From positions 3,184,341 through 3,248,340 of the forward strand of contig CP070751.1 in NCBI GenBank assembly GCA_020348445.1: 64,000 nt of DNA, in the 5' to 3' direction. Every line of letters starts with the position of its first letter. The stretch's first letter is position 1. The stretch is from Thermoplasmata archaeon (GTDB lineage: Archaea; Thermoplasmatota; Thermoplasmata; GCA-020350865). Positions 50,678-61,300 of the stretch are shown here, in pieces. The notes below the pieces were generated by a model. The model saw only the letters and a program-made list of their open reading frames with translations. It searched no databases and was not told the origin of the DNA. The position numbers were made by a program, and so were the translations under genes.

Positions 50678-51367
50678 TTATATCGCCTGGCCAGCTTGGA
50701 ATTCAGCGTCTTTGAATTCTAGCGTGAAGTATCCGGTATTGTGATTCACGCCCCTCATTTTTACACATCTAATACGACGGGAAACATCCACTTCATTGAC
50801 TCTTTCCATGGTCAAGAGAATGATGCCGTCAGCCAAGAACTCCTCTGGATATACCATGGTGGGATCAGGGGATATCTCAGCTATGATGAATGTGGTAACT
50901 TTCAAGTCTCTCAACCACTCAAAGAAATAGAATAGGTAGGCTCGTTCGTCCTCAATCTTCGATATCATTTCCACTACAGGCAATGAATCTATGACAAGCA
51001 TATCGAAATTCAGGCTATCTTTCAGGTAAATAAGGTGTTTTTTCAGAACATCGAGCCATGGCCGCTCTTTTGTCATGTCCACCTCTTTTCGTATCTTCGC
51101 CATATCGAGAATCGTTAGTTTGAGATCCTCGATATCGTGCTGCCCCAAACTTTCGATCTGAAACAGTAGGTTTTCCCTGCTCTGCTCCAATGAAACATAA
51201 ATGCCCACAGAACCTTCATGTTTGATATTATTGTACAGAATGTTGTATGCCACAGATGATTTCATTGTGCCTGGTGTCCCTGATACGAGAATCAAATGGC
51301 CCTCTGGAATCCCTCCACCCAATTCCTCATCAAAACCCCTGATATAAGTCTTGTATTTACGCACCAT
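50678..51367 (-). CDS. RAD55/KaiC-like RecA-superfamily ATPase
   Basis: GFDEELGGGIP, GTPGTMKS, LVIDS, ADGII.L, KMRG. Confidence 0.88.
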   Translation of the reverse strand: MVRKYKTYIRGFDEELGGGIPEGHLILVSGTPGTMKSSVAYNILYNNIKHEGSVGIYVSLEQSRENLLFQIESLGQHDIEDLKLTILDMAKIRKEVDMTKERPWLDVLKKHLIYLKDSLNFDMLVIDSLPVVEMISKIEDERAYLFYFFEWLRDLKVTTFIIAEISPDPTMVYPEEFLADGIILLTMERVNEVDVSRRIRCVKMRGVNHNTGYFTLEFKDAEFQAGQAI

Positions 51368-51732
51368 GAAATCCACCATTACTTTAAGAGATGTCAAATT
51401 ATATAATTTTTTGTAGGAAATAAGAGCATAATCATAGATTGTCAAGGTTTTTAAAAGAAATATGCTCCATTTATTGATACTTTACTGCCATCTGTACCCC
51501 TCCCTATTTTCATAAGAACCGTTACTTGAATTATAATACAATCAAAATAGATTAACTCTGACATATGTAATTGGTAACAGACCTGATAACAATCACTGCT
51601 AATTCATATTACACTGATAACAAATCGTGTACAAAAAGGCTTTTAAAGGCAATAAATTATTCCCCTCATACCTCAGTGTTTTGCTTTCTGTTTGAAATAC
51701 TGGGTGCACAATCTCGCTAGAAGGGATGCTCA

Positions 51733-54060
51733 ATGGAAACCTTAAATATAGAGATTAGCAATGGTACTCTCGGTATGAAGGAAGGACAAGATAGAAGTTC
51801 AAAGAAAAAATCCAAATCAAAAAGATTACCACTTACAGAAAATGCCATCAAGGTATTGGAAAGAAGATACCTAAAAAAAGACGAGAGCGGTAAACCAATA
51901 GAGAAACCTGAGGATATGTTCCACAGGGTTTCTGAGAATATCGCCCAAGCTGATGCCACTTATGATGAGAAAGCCGATGTCAAATTCGTGGAATCAGAAT
52001 TCTATGATATAATGAGCAAACTGGAATTTCTTCCTAACTCCCCAACACTCTTTAATGCAGGAAGGGAGCTTCAGGAGCTGTCTGCATGTTTTGTTTTACC
52101 TATTGAGGACTCCATGGACAGCATATTCGAGGCAATAAAGAGCACTGCACTGATACACAAAAGCGGGGGAGGAACTGGCTTCTCTTTCTCCAGGATCAGA
52201 CCTAAAAACGATGTGGTCAAATCTACAAAAGGCGTTTCCTCAGGACCGATTTCATTTATGACGGTCTTTGATGCCGCAACAGAGACTATAAAGCAGGGAG
52301 GCACAAGACGTGGTGCGAACATGGCAATCTTGCGGGTGGACCATCCTGATATCATGGAGTTCATAACCTGCAAGGAGGATAATGACAAACTCAACAATTT
52401 CAATATATCTGTTGGAATGACAGAGGAGTTCATGAAGGCTGTTGCAGATAATAGGGATTACGACCTGGTAAATCCCCGCACCAAAAAGGTGGTAGAAAGC
52501 CTAAATGCCAAGAAAGTCTTTGATAAGATCGCTGAGATGGCATGGAAAAACGGGGAACCTGGCATCGTATTTTTGGACAGGTTGAACAGGGATAATCCAA
52601 CCCCAAAATTAGGTGAGATAGAAAGCACGAATCCATGCGGGGAGCAGCCTCTTTTACCCTACGAATCCTGCAATCTAGGTTCAATTAACCTATCGAAGAT
52701 GGTGACCGATAAAGAGATAGACTGGAAGAAACTGGAAATTACTGTGAAATGCGCCGTGCACTTTCTTGATAATGTGATAACAATGAACCACTTTCCCCTG
52801 GATAAAATAAAGGAGATGACAGAGGCCAATAGGAAGATAGGTTTAGGATTAATGGGATTTGCTGACACGCTCATAATGTTGGATATACCATATAATTCAA
52901 ACGAGGCCATTGACCTGGCCGAGAAGTTGATGTCATTTATCAGTAAGAAGGCCAAGGAAATGTCGGCAGAACTGGCAGTGCAGAGAGGCCCATTTCCCAA
53001 CTTCGAAGAGAGCATATACAATGTTAATGGGCAACCCAAATTAAGAAACGCCACCACCACCACCATCGCACCTACAGGAAGCATAGGCATAATCGCGGGC
53101 TGTTCCAGCGGAATAGAACCGCTGTTTGCAATCTCCTACATCAGGGCTAACGTGCTTAATGATGAGGAACTCATTGAGGTCAATCCATTGTTCGAGAAGA
53201 TAGCAAAAGAAAGAGGTTTTTACTCAAAAGAGTTAATGGCCAAGATAGCGAAAAAAGGCTCTGTCCAAGGAATGGATGAGGTTCCAGAGAATGTCCAGAA
53301 AATCTTTGTAACTGCCCTTGATATCACCCCAAAGTGGCATATCAGGATGCAAGCAGCATTTCAAAAGTACGTTGATAATGCAGTTTCGAAGACCGTTAAC
53401 TTTCCCAACAGCGCCACGACCCGCGACATCAAGAAGGTCTATCAACTGGCGTACGAACTTGGCTGCAAGGGTGTGACAGTCTACAGGGACGGAAGCAGAG
53501 AAAAGCAGGTATTGAACATAGGATCAGTTAAGGGAAAGCCGCAGACTGTAATCAAACCCAGACCAAGACCCATGATGATGCAGGGCACGACGATGCGAAT
53601 CGATACCGGTTGTGGGAAACTGTATGTGACCATAAACGAGGACGAGCAAGGTTTATTTGAGGTGTTTGCCCAGATGGGTAAGTCAGGCGGCTGTGCTATG
53701 TCCCAATCCGAAGCAGTGGCCAGACTTATATCCCTGGCTTTAAGAGCGGGTGTGGATAAAGATGCAATTCTCAAACAGCTAAGAGGTATAAGATGTCCAG
53801 CACCCCTCTTATCAAAAGGAGGCGTGGTGCTCTCCTGTCCAGACGCCATGTCCAAGGCCATCGAAAGGCACATTAAAAAGAAAAGGGATATTGGTGAGGA
53901 AGACATTATAGAGCAGGCCACAACATTGGACAACTTCGTTGAGCACAAGGAAGGAAGCAACGTGGTTGGAGTATGTCCCGACTGCGGAGGACCTCTGATA
54001 TTTGAAGAAGGATGTTCAAAGTGTTTAAATAGGAGCTGCGGTTATACCAAGTGCGGATAA
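51733..54060 (+). CDS. nrdJ: Adenosylcobalamin-dependent (class II) ribonucleotide reductase
   Basis: PNSPTL.NAG, SAC, GGGTG, QGG.RRGA, TNPCGEQ, TIAPTG, KGVTVYR, SCPDA domain, terminal CPDC..C..C ribbon. Confidence 0.96.
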   Translation: METLNIEISNGTLGMKEGQDRSSKKKSKSKRLPLTENAIKVLERRYLKKDESGKPIEKPEDMFHRVSENIAQADATYDEKADVKFVESEFYDIMSKLEFLPNSPTLFNAGRELQELSACFVLPIEDSMDSIFEAIKSTALIHKSGGGTGFSFSRIRPKNDVVKSTKGVSSGPISFMTVFDAATETIKQGGTRRGANMAILRVDHPDIMEFITCKEDNDKLNNFNISVGMTEEFMKAVADNRDYDLVNPRTKKVVESLNAKKVFDKIAEMAWKNGEPGIVFLDRLNRDNPTPKLGEIESTNPCGEQPLLPYESCNLGSINLSKMVTDKEIDWKKLEITVKCAVHFLDNVITMNHFPLDKIKEMTEANRKIGLGLMGFADTLIMLDIPYNSNEAIDLAEKLMSFISKKAKEMSAELAVQRGPFPNFEESIYNVNGQPKLRNATTTTIAPTGSIGIIAGCSSGIEPLFAISYIRANVLNDEELIEVNPLFEKIAKERGFYSKELMAKIAKKGSVQGMDEVPENVQKIFVTALDITPKWHIRMQAAFQKYVDNAVSKTVNFPNSATTRDIKKVYQLAYELGCKGVTVYRDGSREKQVLNIGSVKGKPQTVIKPRPRPMMMQGTTMRIDTGCGKLYVTINEDEQGLFEVFAQMGKSGGCAMSQSEAVARLISLALRAGVDKDAILKQLRGIRCPAPLLSKGGVVLSCPDAMSKAIERHIKKKRDIGEEDIIEQATTLDNFVEHKEGSNVVGVCPDCGGPLIFEEGCSKCLNRSCGYTKCG

Positions 54061-54137
54061 ATCAACTCGCAATAAAATTATATCAGTCTTTACCTATACG
54101 GGGGTATAAATAACATCATAATATTCACGGTGTATTC

Positions 54138-54620
54138 ATGAAGAGAGTGGCGAAAGTCCGTTTGAGGGAGCTGAAAGGGTCTGGGTATACCTGTCCTGTT
54201 TGCAAAGAGGGGGAGCTCATCGAGATCAAAAGCGAAAAGAACTTTGGCAACATCAATATAAAGTTCAAAACCCAAGATAAGATAGGTTTTGAGTTTTCCT
54301 GCGATATCAAGAACAACTATTTCTTTTTATGCAAAAACGAAAGATGTAGGGCCAGGTTTGAGAGAACCTCCTGGCGGAAAGGAGAGAAGAAGGTGGGACC
54401 TCCGTGCCCCACCGGCAAATGTGAAGGCTCATTGAACACATATAAGAACGTTCCCGTTGCAAAGGTACATCCCAAAAAGGATGCTGATAAGGTTGTCCTG
54501 ATAGTTGGTAAAAACGAGCCTCTATACTTTAAGATAATTTCAGGTCAACTTTCATACGATGAAGCTGGAATTTGCACAAAATGCCACGTTGTCGGGCCAA
54601 AGGAGATAGATTTAAGGTGA
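54138..54620 (+). CDS. Double zinc-ribbon (YgiT-like) protein
   Basis: CPVC, C...C, CP..C, G.L.YDEAGICTKC. Confidence 0.78.
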   Translation: MKRVAKVRLRELKGSGYTCPVCKEGELIEIKSEKNFGNINIKFKTQDKIGFEFSCDIKNNYFFLCKNERCRARFERTSWRKGEKKVGPPCPTGKCEGSLNTYKNVPVAKVHPKKDADKVVLIVGKNEPLYFKIISGQLSYDEAGICTKCHVVGPKEIDLR

Positions 54621-54626
54621 AATTGG

Positions 54627-55169
54627 ATGATAAAAGCAAAGAAGACACCATACACATGCCCTGTCTGCGAAAGTAAGAAGTACAAGCTGCTGGTAATTAT
54701 GGGGTCAATGGACTATGGGGATGTGAAGGTGCTCTTAAATCCTGCTGAGGGATCTGAAAGAAAAGTCTGGTTGGAGTTCGATATTAGGGAAAATAATTTT
54801 TACTACTGTGCAAACTGTAAGATGCGGTTCAGCAGAGTGGATCCCACCAAACTCCCAAAATACAAAGGAAAAAGGATTCCTGGGATATTTTCTGAATGCA
54901 TACTAAAGGAATGCAGGGATAAATATGGCGGGAGGCTTGGAACATACAAAGAAGTGGTGGTGGGAGAGATCTATGTAAAGGGCGAGGATCCAAGGATCAC
55001 GAGACGAAGGAAACGTATCAGGGAGCTTCTGCATAAGGCGGATTTAGAGGAGATACCAGACGCAGTTGACAATTTTTTAAAGGAATTCTCCGGCGAGTTC
55101 ACACTTGATCAGGCAGGAATATGCAGCGAGTGCGGGATCGTCGTGCCAAGAGAAGTCGATTTGAAATGA
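54627..55169 (+). CDS. Double zinc-ribbon (YgiT-like) protein, tandem paralog
   Basis: CPVC, CANC, C...C, GEFTLDQAGICSECG. Confidence 0.78.
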   Translation: MIKAKKTPYTCPVCESKKYKLLVIMGSMDYGDVKVLLNPAEGSERKVWLEFDIRENNFYYCANCKMRFSRVDPTKLPKYKGKRIPGIFSECILKECRDKYGGRLGTYKEVVVGEIYVKGEDPRITRRRKRIRELLHKADLEEIPDAVDNFLKEFSGEFTLDQAGICSECGIVVPREVDLK

Positions 55170-55322
55170 TTTGTTTTAATAAAAAACAAATTGATCACAA
55201 TTGTTATATATAATACAAAATCTCCTATTATATTGACGAAATCGGTCATATTTTCAAGGTTTTCCGTAATAAATATTAAATATCCATGATTCTATATTAT
55301 CATCCCATTAGGAGGGAGTTTA

Positions 55323-58300
55323 ATGGTAAAAGATACGAGATTTAGAACTTTAAAGAGCGTGAGCGCGATTTTTGCAGTGTTTTGTGCTGCAGTCCTGGTT
55401 TCTGCGAGCTTTGCAGGCGTTGTAGAAACGGAGTTCACAGAGACTCAGGATTCAGAAGAACAACAGATATCAGATGTTGTGAAAGACCAAACAGAACTGG
55501 AGGATATGGGAACAGAAATGTGGGGTCCCGTGCTTCTTGGGCCAAACGAACCTCCTGTTGCCAATGCCGGACCTATGATAACTGTGGATACTAATGAAGT
55601 TGTACAGTTCGACGGCTCTGATTCGAATGACCCTGACGGTTCCATTGTCAGTTACAAATGGTACTTCCAGGATGACAGCACTGGATCCGGAGTGAATCCC
55701 ACGCATTCATACACAAAAGAGGGTTTCTATAACGTGATTCTTGTTGTGGAGGATAACAATGGGGCAACTGATCAAGATTCTGTTCTCATCACGGTCCATA
55801 ATGTGTATCCAGATGCACATACAAGTATAGATGTGACTGCGTATGAGGATGAGCTTGTTACCTTCGATGCCAGCGGTTCCCTGGATACTCCATCAGATCA
55901 GTCAACTCTAACCTATGTATGGGACTTTGGAGATGGCTCTATTGGAGTTGGAAAGATCATGACTCATACCTATACCATATCAGGATTGTACACTGTCATA
56001 CTTTCAGTACTGGATAATGATGCAGTCCTTGACAGAGATATCATGACGGTTTCTGTTGAGAATCTACCACCTGTTGCGGATGCAGGACCCGATCAAATTG
56101 TCGACGAAGACAGTTTGGTATTATTTGACGGAAGTGGCTCAACCGATACCCCCTCGGATCTACCGGGTCTTAGTTATTCATGGGACTTTGGTGATGGTCA
56201 CATAGGAACAGGTGTCAGTCCGAGCCATCTCTATTCCAGAGAGGGAACTTATACAGTCTATCTTACAGTTCATGACTGCGGTGATTGTGTCAGTGATGTC
56301 GACTCTCTGATAGTTATAGTAAACAACTTGCAGCCCGCCGCAGATGCAGGACCAGATCAAACTGTCAATGAAGATCAATTGGTGTTCTTCAGTGGCGCAG
56401 GTCAGGATTCGGCATCGGACTATCCTATACTTTCATATGCCTGGAATTTCGGTGATGGTACAGTAGGCTTTGGAAAAAATCCCACCCATGCATTTCAGGA
56501 TCAGGGAACATATACAGTTACCTTAACCGTTGTAGATGACAACGGAGAGTTTGGTCAGGATACCATGTTCGTTACAGTTGTGAACTTGGGACCTGTGGTG
56601 GATGCTGGACCTGATGTGGAGGTAAACGAGGATGTCCCTGTTCAGTTCATGGGTTATGCCTATGATACTCCATCCGATGAACAGTCCTTCTCATATTCAT
56701 GGGATTACGGGGATGGCAGCACTGGATCTGGAGAATATACCACCTATACATACACAACCCAAGGAACGTATACAGTTACTCTAACAGTTATGGACGATGA
56801 TTCGGAGATCGGCACAGATACCTTGACCGTAACTGTCAAGAACATACCACCCACGGTGGTCGTTACTTACACATCACCATGTCCAATTATTATTGCGGGT
56901 GATATGCTGACTTTCGATGCTATGGTTTTTGACTCTCCGTCCGATATGGCTACCCTGACATTCACCTGGGACTTTGGTGATGGTACTATTGTGACAGGAG
57001 CACCCCCTGTTACACATGCATACGCAAACCCCGGTATCTACAAAGTCACCTTGACAGTTACAGATGATGATGGAGCTGTTGGGCAGGATATTGTAGTAAT
57101 TGTTGTAGAGGAGCATTCAATGGAGTTGGAAATCATTCCATTAGTGTACGAAGTAATGCCTGGCGAGACTGCTGAATACATAATAATTCTCAGAAATACT
57201 GGGACCATAGATGATGCCTATACCCTCACACTCACAACGTCTACAGATCCATTGTGGGCCGGTTGCCCGCCTTGTAAATTCCATCTTGGAGTAGAACAAA
57301 TTTTAGTTCCGGCAAAGAGCGAGAGAAGGATAGCATTGCCTTTCACGCCACTCGAAAACCTTCCATTGGATGCTGATACCACACTTGGATTTGAGGTTAC
57401 TGCTACCTGCGTTCATCAAGCCAATGAGGTTAGTAATGCCCCCCTGTTTGATTCTGCAGGTGATGACCTAATAATTATCGCAACATATGAAAGCAGATTG
57501 AGATGGGCCCAGGTTGAAATCGAGAGCCTGATTACAGACTTCTCTGGAGGCAATCCCACAGATGCCACGCTTTTGAAAGCTCTGGAGGAGGTAAGCGAGG
57601 CTCTGTTCTTTTCATCAACATCTGACTCCCCGGACTTTAACTACGTGATGTCCATTGAACATGTGAAGGCTGGCCTTCATAACCTGGAGACAACAAGTGG
57701 TTCAGTTCCAACAGGTGTAATCATTGATCTATTATTGATAGCAGTGGACAATATGGTAGAAGATACAATTACCACAGCAGAAATTCAAGCAGGACCAAGT
57801 AACATCCATGTTATGGATGCTTGGAATCTTCATACCACTGCTCAGGGAAGGATCGCTGTAGGCGATATCGAAAATGGAATGGAGCAGTACAAGAACGCAT
57901 ATATGGAAGCTGAAAGGGCCGAGGGCGAATGGGTACCCCGGGAATATGCGGATGCTCTTACGCAGGCAATAAGTGACATCAATATTCTGCTTTTAGGCCC
58001 ATATTCTGCACCAGCATTAAATAAATTACAGATGGCAGAGGATGAGTTGATTGCGGCACAAGGTAAAATCGGGTATGGACTGATGAAGGACTCATTTATA
58101 AATGTAAAAAACGCGATTCAGCATCTTCAAGTTGCAGAAACCCAGGGTGCACCCACAGCAAGCATTATGCTGGATCTAACAAATGCAATAGAAAGCACAA
58201 CTGAGATGTTGATAACCGAGACCGAGACACATGTGGGCATGGAGGTAAACGACATAAAGCAAGCATGGAGCAAGTTCTATCAGGGCAAGTCCTTTGCCAT

Positions 58301-61300
58301 GGTAGGTCAATACCTCCAAGCCATAGATAAATACGACGGAGCCTACAAACATGCCCTTTTAGCAGAGGACTGGATTCCAATTGCAGATGCAGGAGCAGAT
58401 CAAACTGCAATCGAGGATGATGTGGTTTACTTTGATGCATCAAACTCAAGGGACAGAGACGGTATTGTGCTCTTCTATGAGTGGAACTTTGGGGACGGAT
58501 GCACTGAATATGGAGTCTTTACAAGTCATGCCTACAAGGATGCTGGACCTTACATTGTGACGTTGTTGATAACCGACAATGAAGGTCTCAAGGACATTGA
58601 CACAATGGTCGTAACTGTTCACAATGTTGCCCCAACTGCTGATATCGTTTTGAATTATCTTCCAGCGAGCTCTTCACCACCCAATACCGTGTATATGGAT
58701 GATGTAATACTCTTTGATGCGATATACTCAGACACTCCATCTGACCTACCGGGCTTGATAATTAAGTGGGATTTTGGTGACGATACAATTGGCTTCGGTG
58801 CTCATATCCACCATGCTTATACGGCCCCAGGGACCTTTTTGGTGACTCTCACTGTCTTTGATGAGGATGGTGATTTCGGATCTGCAACTGAGATAATCAC
58901 TGTAAAAAATGTCATTCCAGAGGCAGTAGTCACCTTTTCCCAGATCGCTTTCGAGGATGAGGTCGTGTATCTAAGTGGTTACGGCCATGATTCTCCCTCT
59001 GATATGGACACCCTAACCTACTCCTGGGACTTTGGAGACGGTACAACTGGGATGGGCAAGGATGTTATACATGTGTACACTGACGAAGGAATCTATACTG
59101 TGACCCTTACTGTAACGGATATTCATGGAGGTTCGGGTTCCAGCACCATCACTGTCTCTGTTATAAATCCACCTCCTATGGCAGATGCTGGATGGATACA
59201 ATATAGTAAAGAAGACAGCACAGTGAATTTCCTTGGTACTGGTTCGGACACTCCCTCAGATAAATCCTCTTTGACCTATTCTTGGGAATTCGGCGATGGG
59301 ACAAGCGCAAGTGGAGCTGCTCAATCCCATGTCTACTCACTCTCGGGAGCGTACATGGTAACCCTGACCGTAACTGATGATGACGGGGACATAGGTGTGG
59401 ACAGAATACCTGTTTTTGTGGAGAATGTGGAGCCAACTGCAAATGCTGGACCCGATCAGATTGTAAATGAAGACGATGTTGTGGTCTTTGGTCCGGGCGG
59501 CTCGGACTCGTCTTCAGACATTTCATCCCTCCAGTATTATATGTGTGTATGCCCAAAGTGCGTGGGATTAGGAACCTCCCACATCCATGTTTACAATCTA
59601 AAAGGTGTATACACTGTAATCCTCACGGTTGTGGATGATGATGGAGCAGAGGCTTACGATGAGATGACAGTTACAGTTAACAACGTTGCACCTGTTGCCT
59701 ACGCAGGATCTGATGTGACAGTGAATGAGAATGAACTCGTATTCTTCAGTGGCTCAGCAACAGATACTCCCTCTGATCATCCATTGCTCGAATATGCATG
59801 GGACTATGATGGAGATGGAGATACAGAGGCATTTGGAAGGGAGGTTATGCACGCCTTTGAATCTTCAGGTACATACACGGTAACTCTGATTGTAACCGAT
59901 AATGATGGCGCAGTAAGTACAGATACAGTTACAGTAACAGTGGACAATTTGGTACCAACTGCCTACGCAGGACCCGATCTTGTAGTCACTGGAGGAGCAA
60001 GGTATTTGGATTTCCATGGATTGGGCTTTGACACTCCCTCAGATCAATATTCGCTTGCGTACTCCTGGAATTTCGGAGATGGAGGAACTGCAACTGGGGA
60101 ATATGTAAGGCATCTTTACAGTTCAGGAGGAACCTACACCGTAACTCTAACTGTGACAGACAACGACGGTGCCACTGCTACAGATACTGCCATAATAATG
60201 ATACTGCTCGACTCTGATGAGGATGGATTACCTGACTACTGGGAGATTTTATACGGACTCGATCCAAATGATCCAGATGGAGACAATGGCGGGCAGGGAG
60301 ACCCAGACGGTGACGATTTGACAAATCTCGAGGAATACGGCTATGGCACACATCCAAAGAACCGCGATACAGATGGTGACAGTCACAACAACAACTTCTG
60401 GGACGGAGCAGAAATCGCTTACTGGTTATCTAAGGGAAAGACAGATGATCAAGCAGGAACAAACGCCAATACCTGGGATGTCGATGGAGATGGTATGCCG
60501 GACGGATGGGAGGTGTGGTACGCACAGAACCCGGCATCTGGAGCAGCCTACAATCTGCTAAATCCAGATAATTACGGGGATAGAAATCAAGACCCTGATG
60601 GGGACGGGCTGACAAATATCCAGGAGTATAATGCTGGTACAGATCCCACCAACCCAGATACAGATGGCGATGGAATGCCAGATGGCTGGGAGGTAACATA
60701 CGGACTCAATCCCCTCTGGTATTGGGATCGCTACGGGGACATGGATAGCGATGGTTTGAACAATATCAAGGAGTACCAGCATGGCACAAATCCCACTAAT
60801 CCTGATACTGACGGCGATACCATGGCCGACGGCTGGGAGGTTACTTATGGATTGGATCCCACTTCCCCCGGAGATAAAAATGGAGATTCTGATGACGACG
60901 GCCTGAAAAATTACCAGGAATACGCTCTTAGGGGAAAGGGTGCCAAACCAAATTACAAAGATCTATTTGTCGAAATAGACTATATGTCAGGGCACAAACC
61001 CCGGGATTCTGTTCTGGATTACATAGAAGACTACTACTCAGATCGGGGAATTCATTTGCTCTTTGAAGTTGATGAGCAGGTTCCCCATGACAGCTCCATG
61101 ACAAGTGCCGAATGGGATTCCTATCATTCCACATACCTTGATAATGTTGGTACCCATAAACATGTGATTTTCATGCACAAATATCATGACGGTTCACTCG
61201 GAGTATGCACATTACCAATACCCGATGATCAAACTATAATTGCAGATCAGGAATGCGAGGATTGGGTGCTCCAACATAATCTCATGCATGCGGCAATTGC

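Noticed and set aside
51085-51290. Walker A variant GTPGTMKS as a sign of an inactive ATPase
   Set aside because: The catalytic K-S is retained and such variants are expected among archaeal RAD55-like paralogs
51450-51732. Cobalamin riboswitch or NrdR box upstream of nrdJ
   Set aside because: AT-rich; no GGGAA/GCCACTG core or clear palindrome seen
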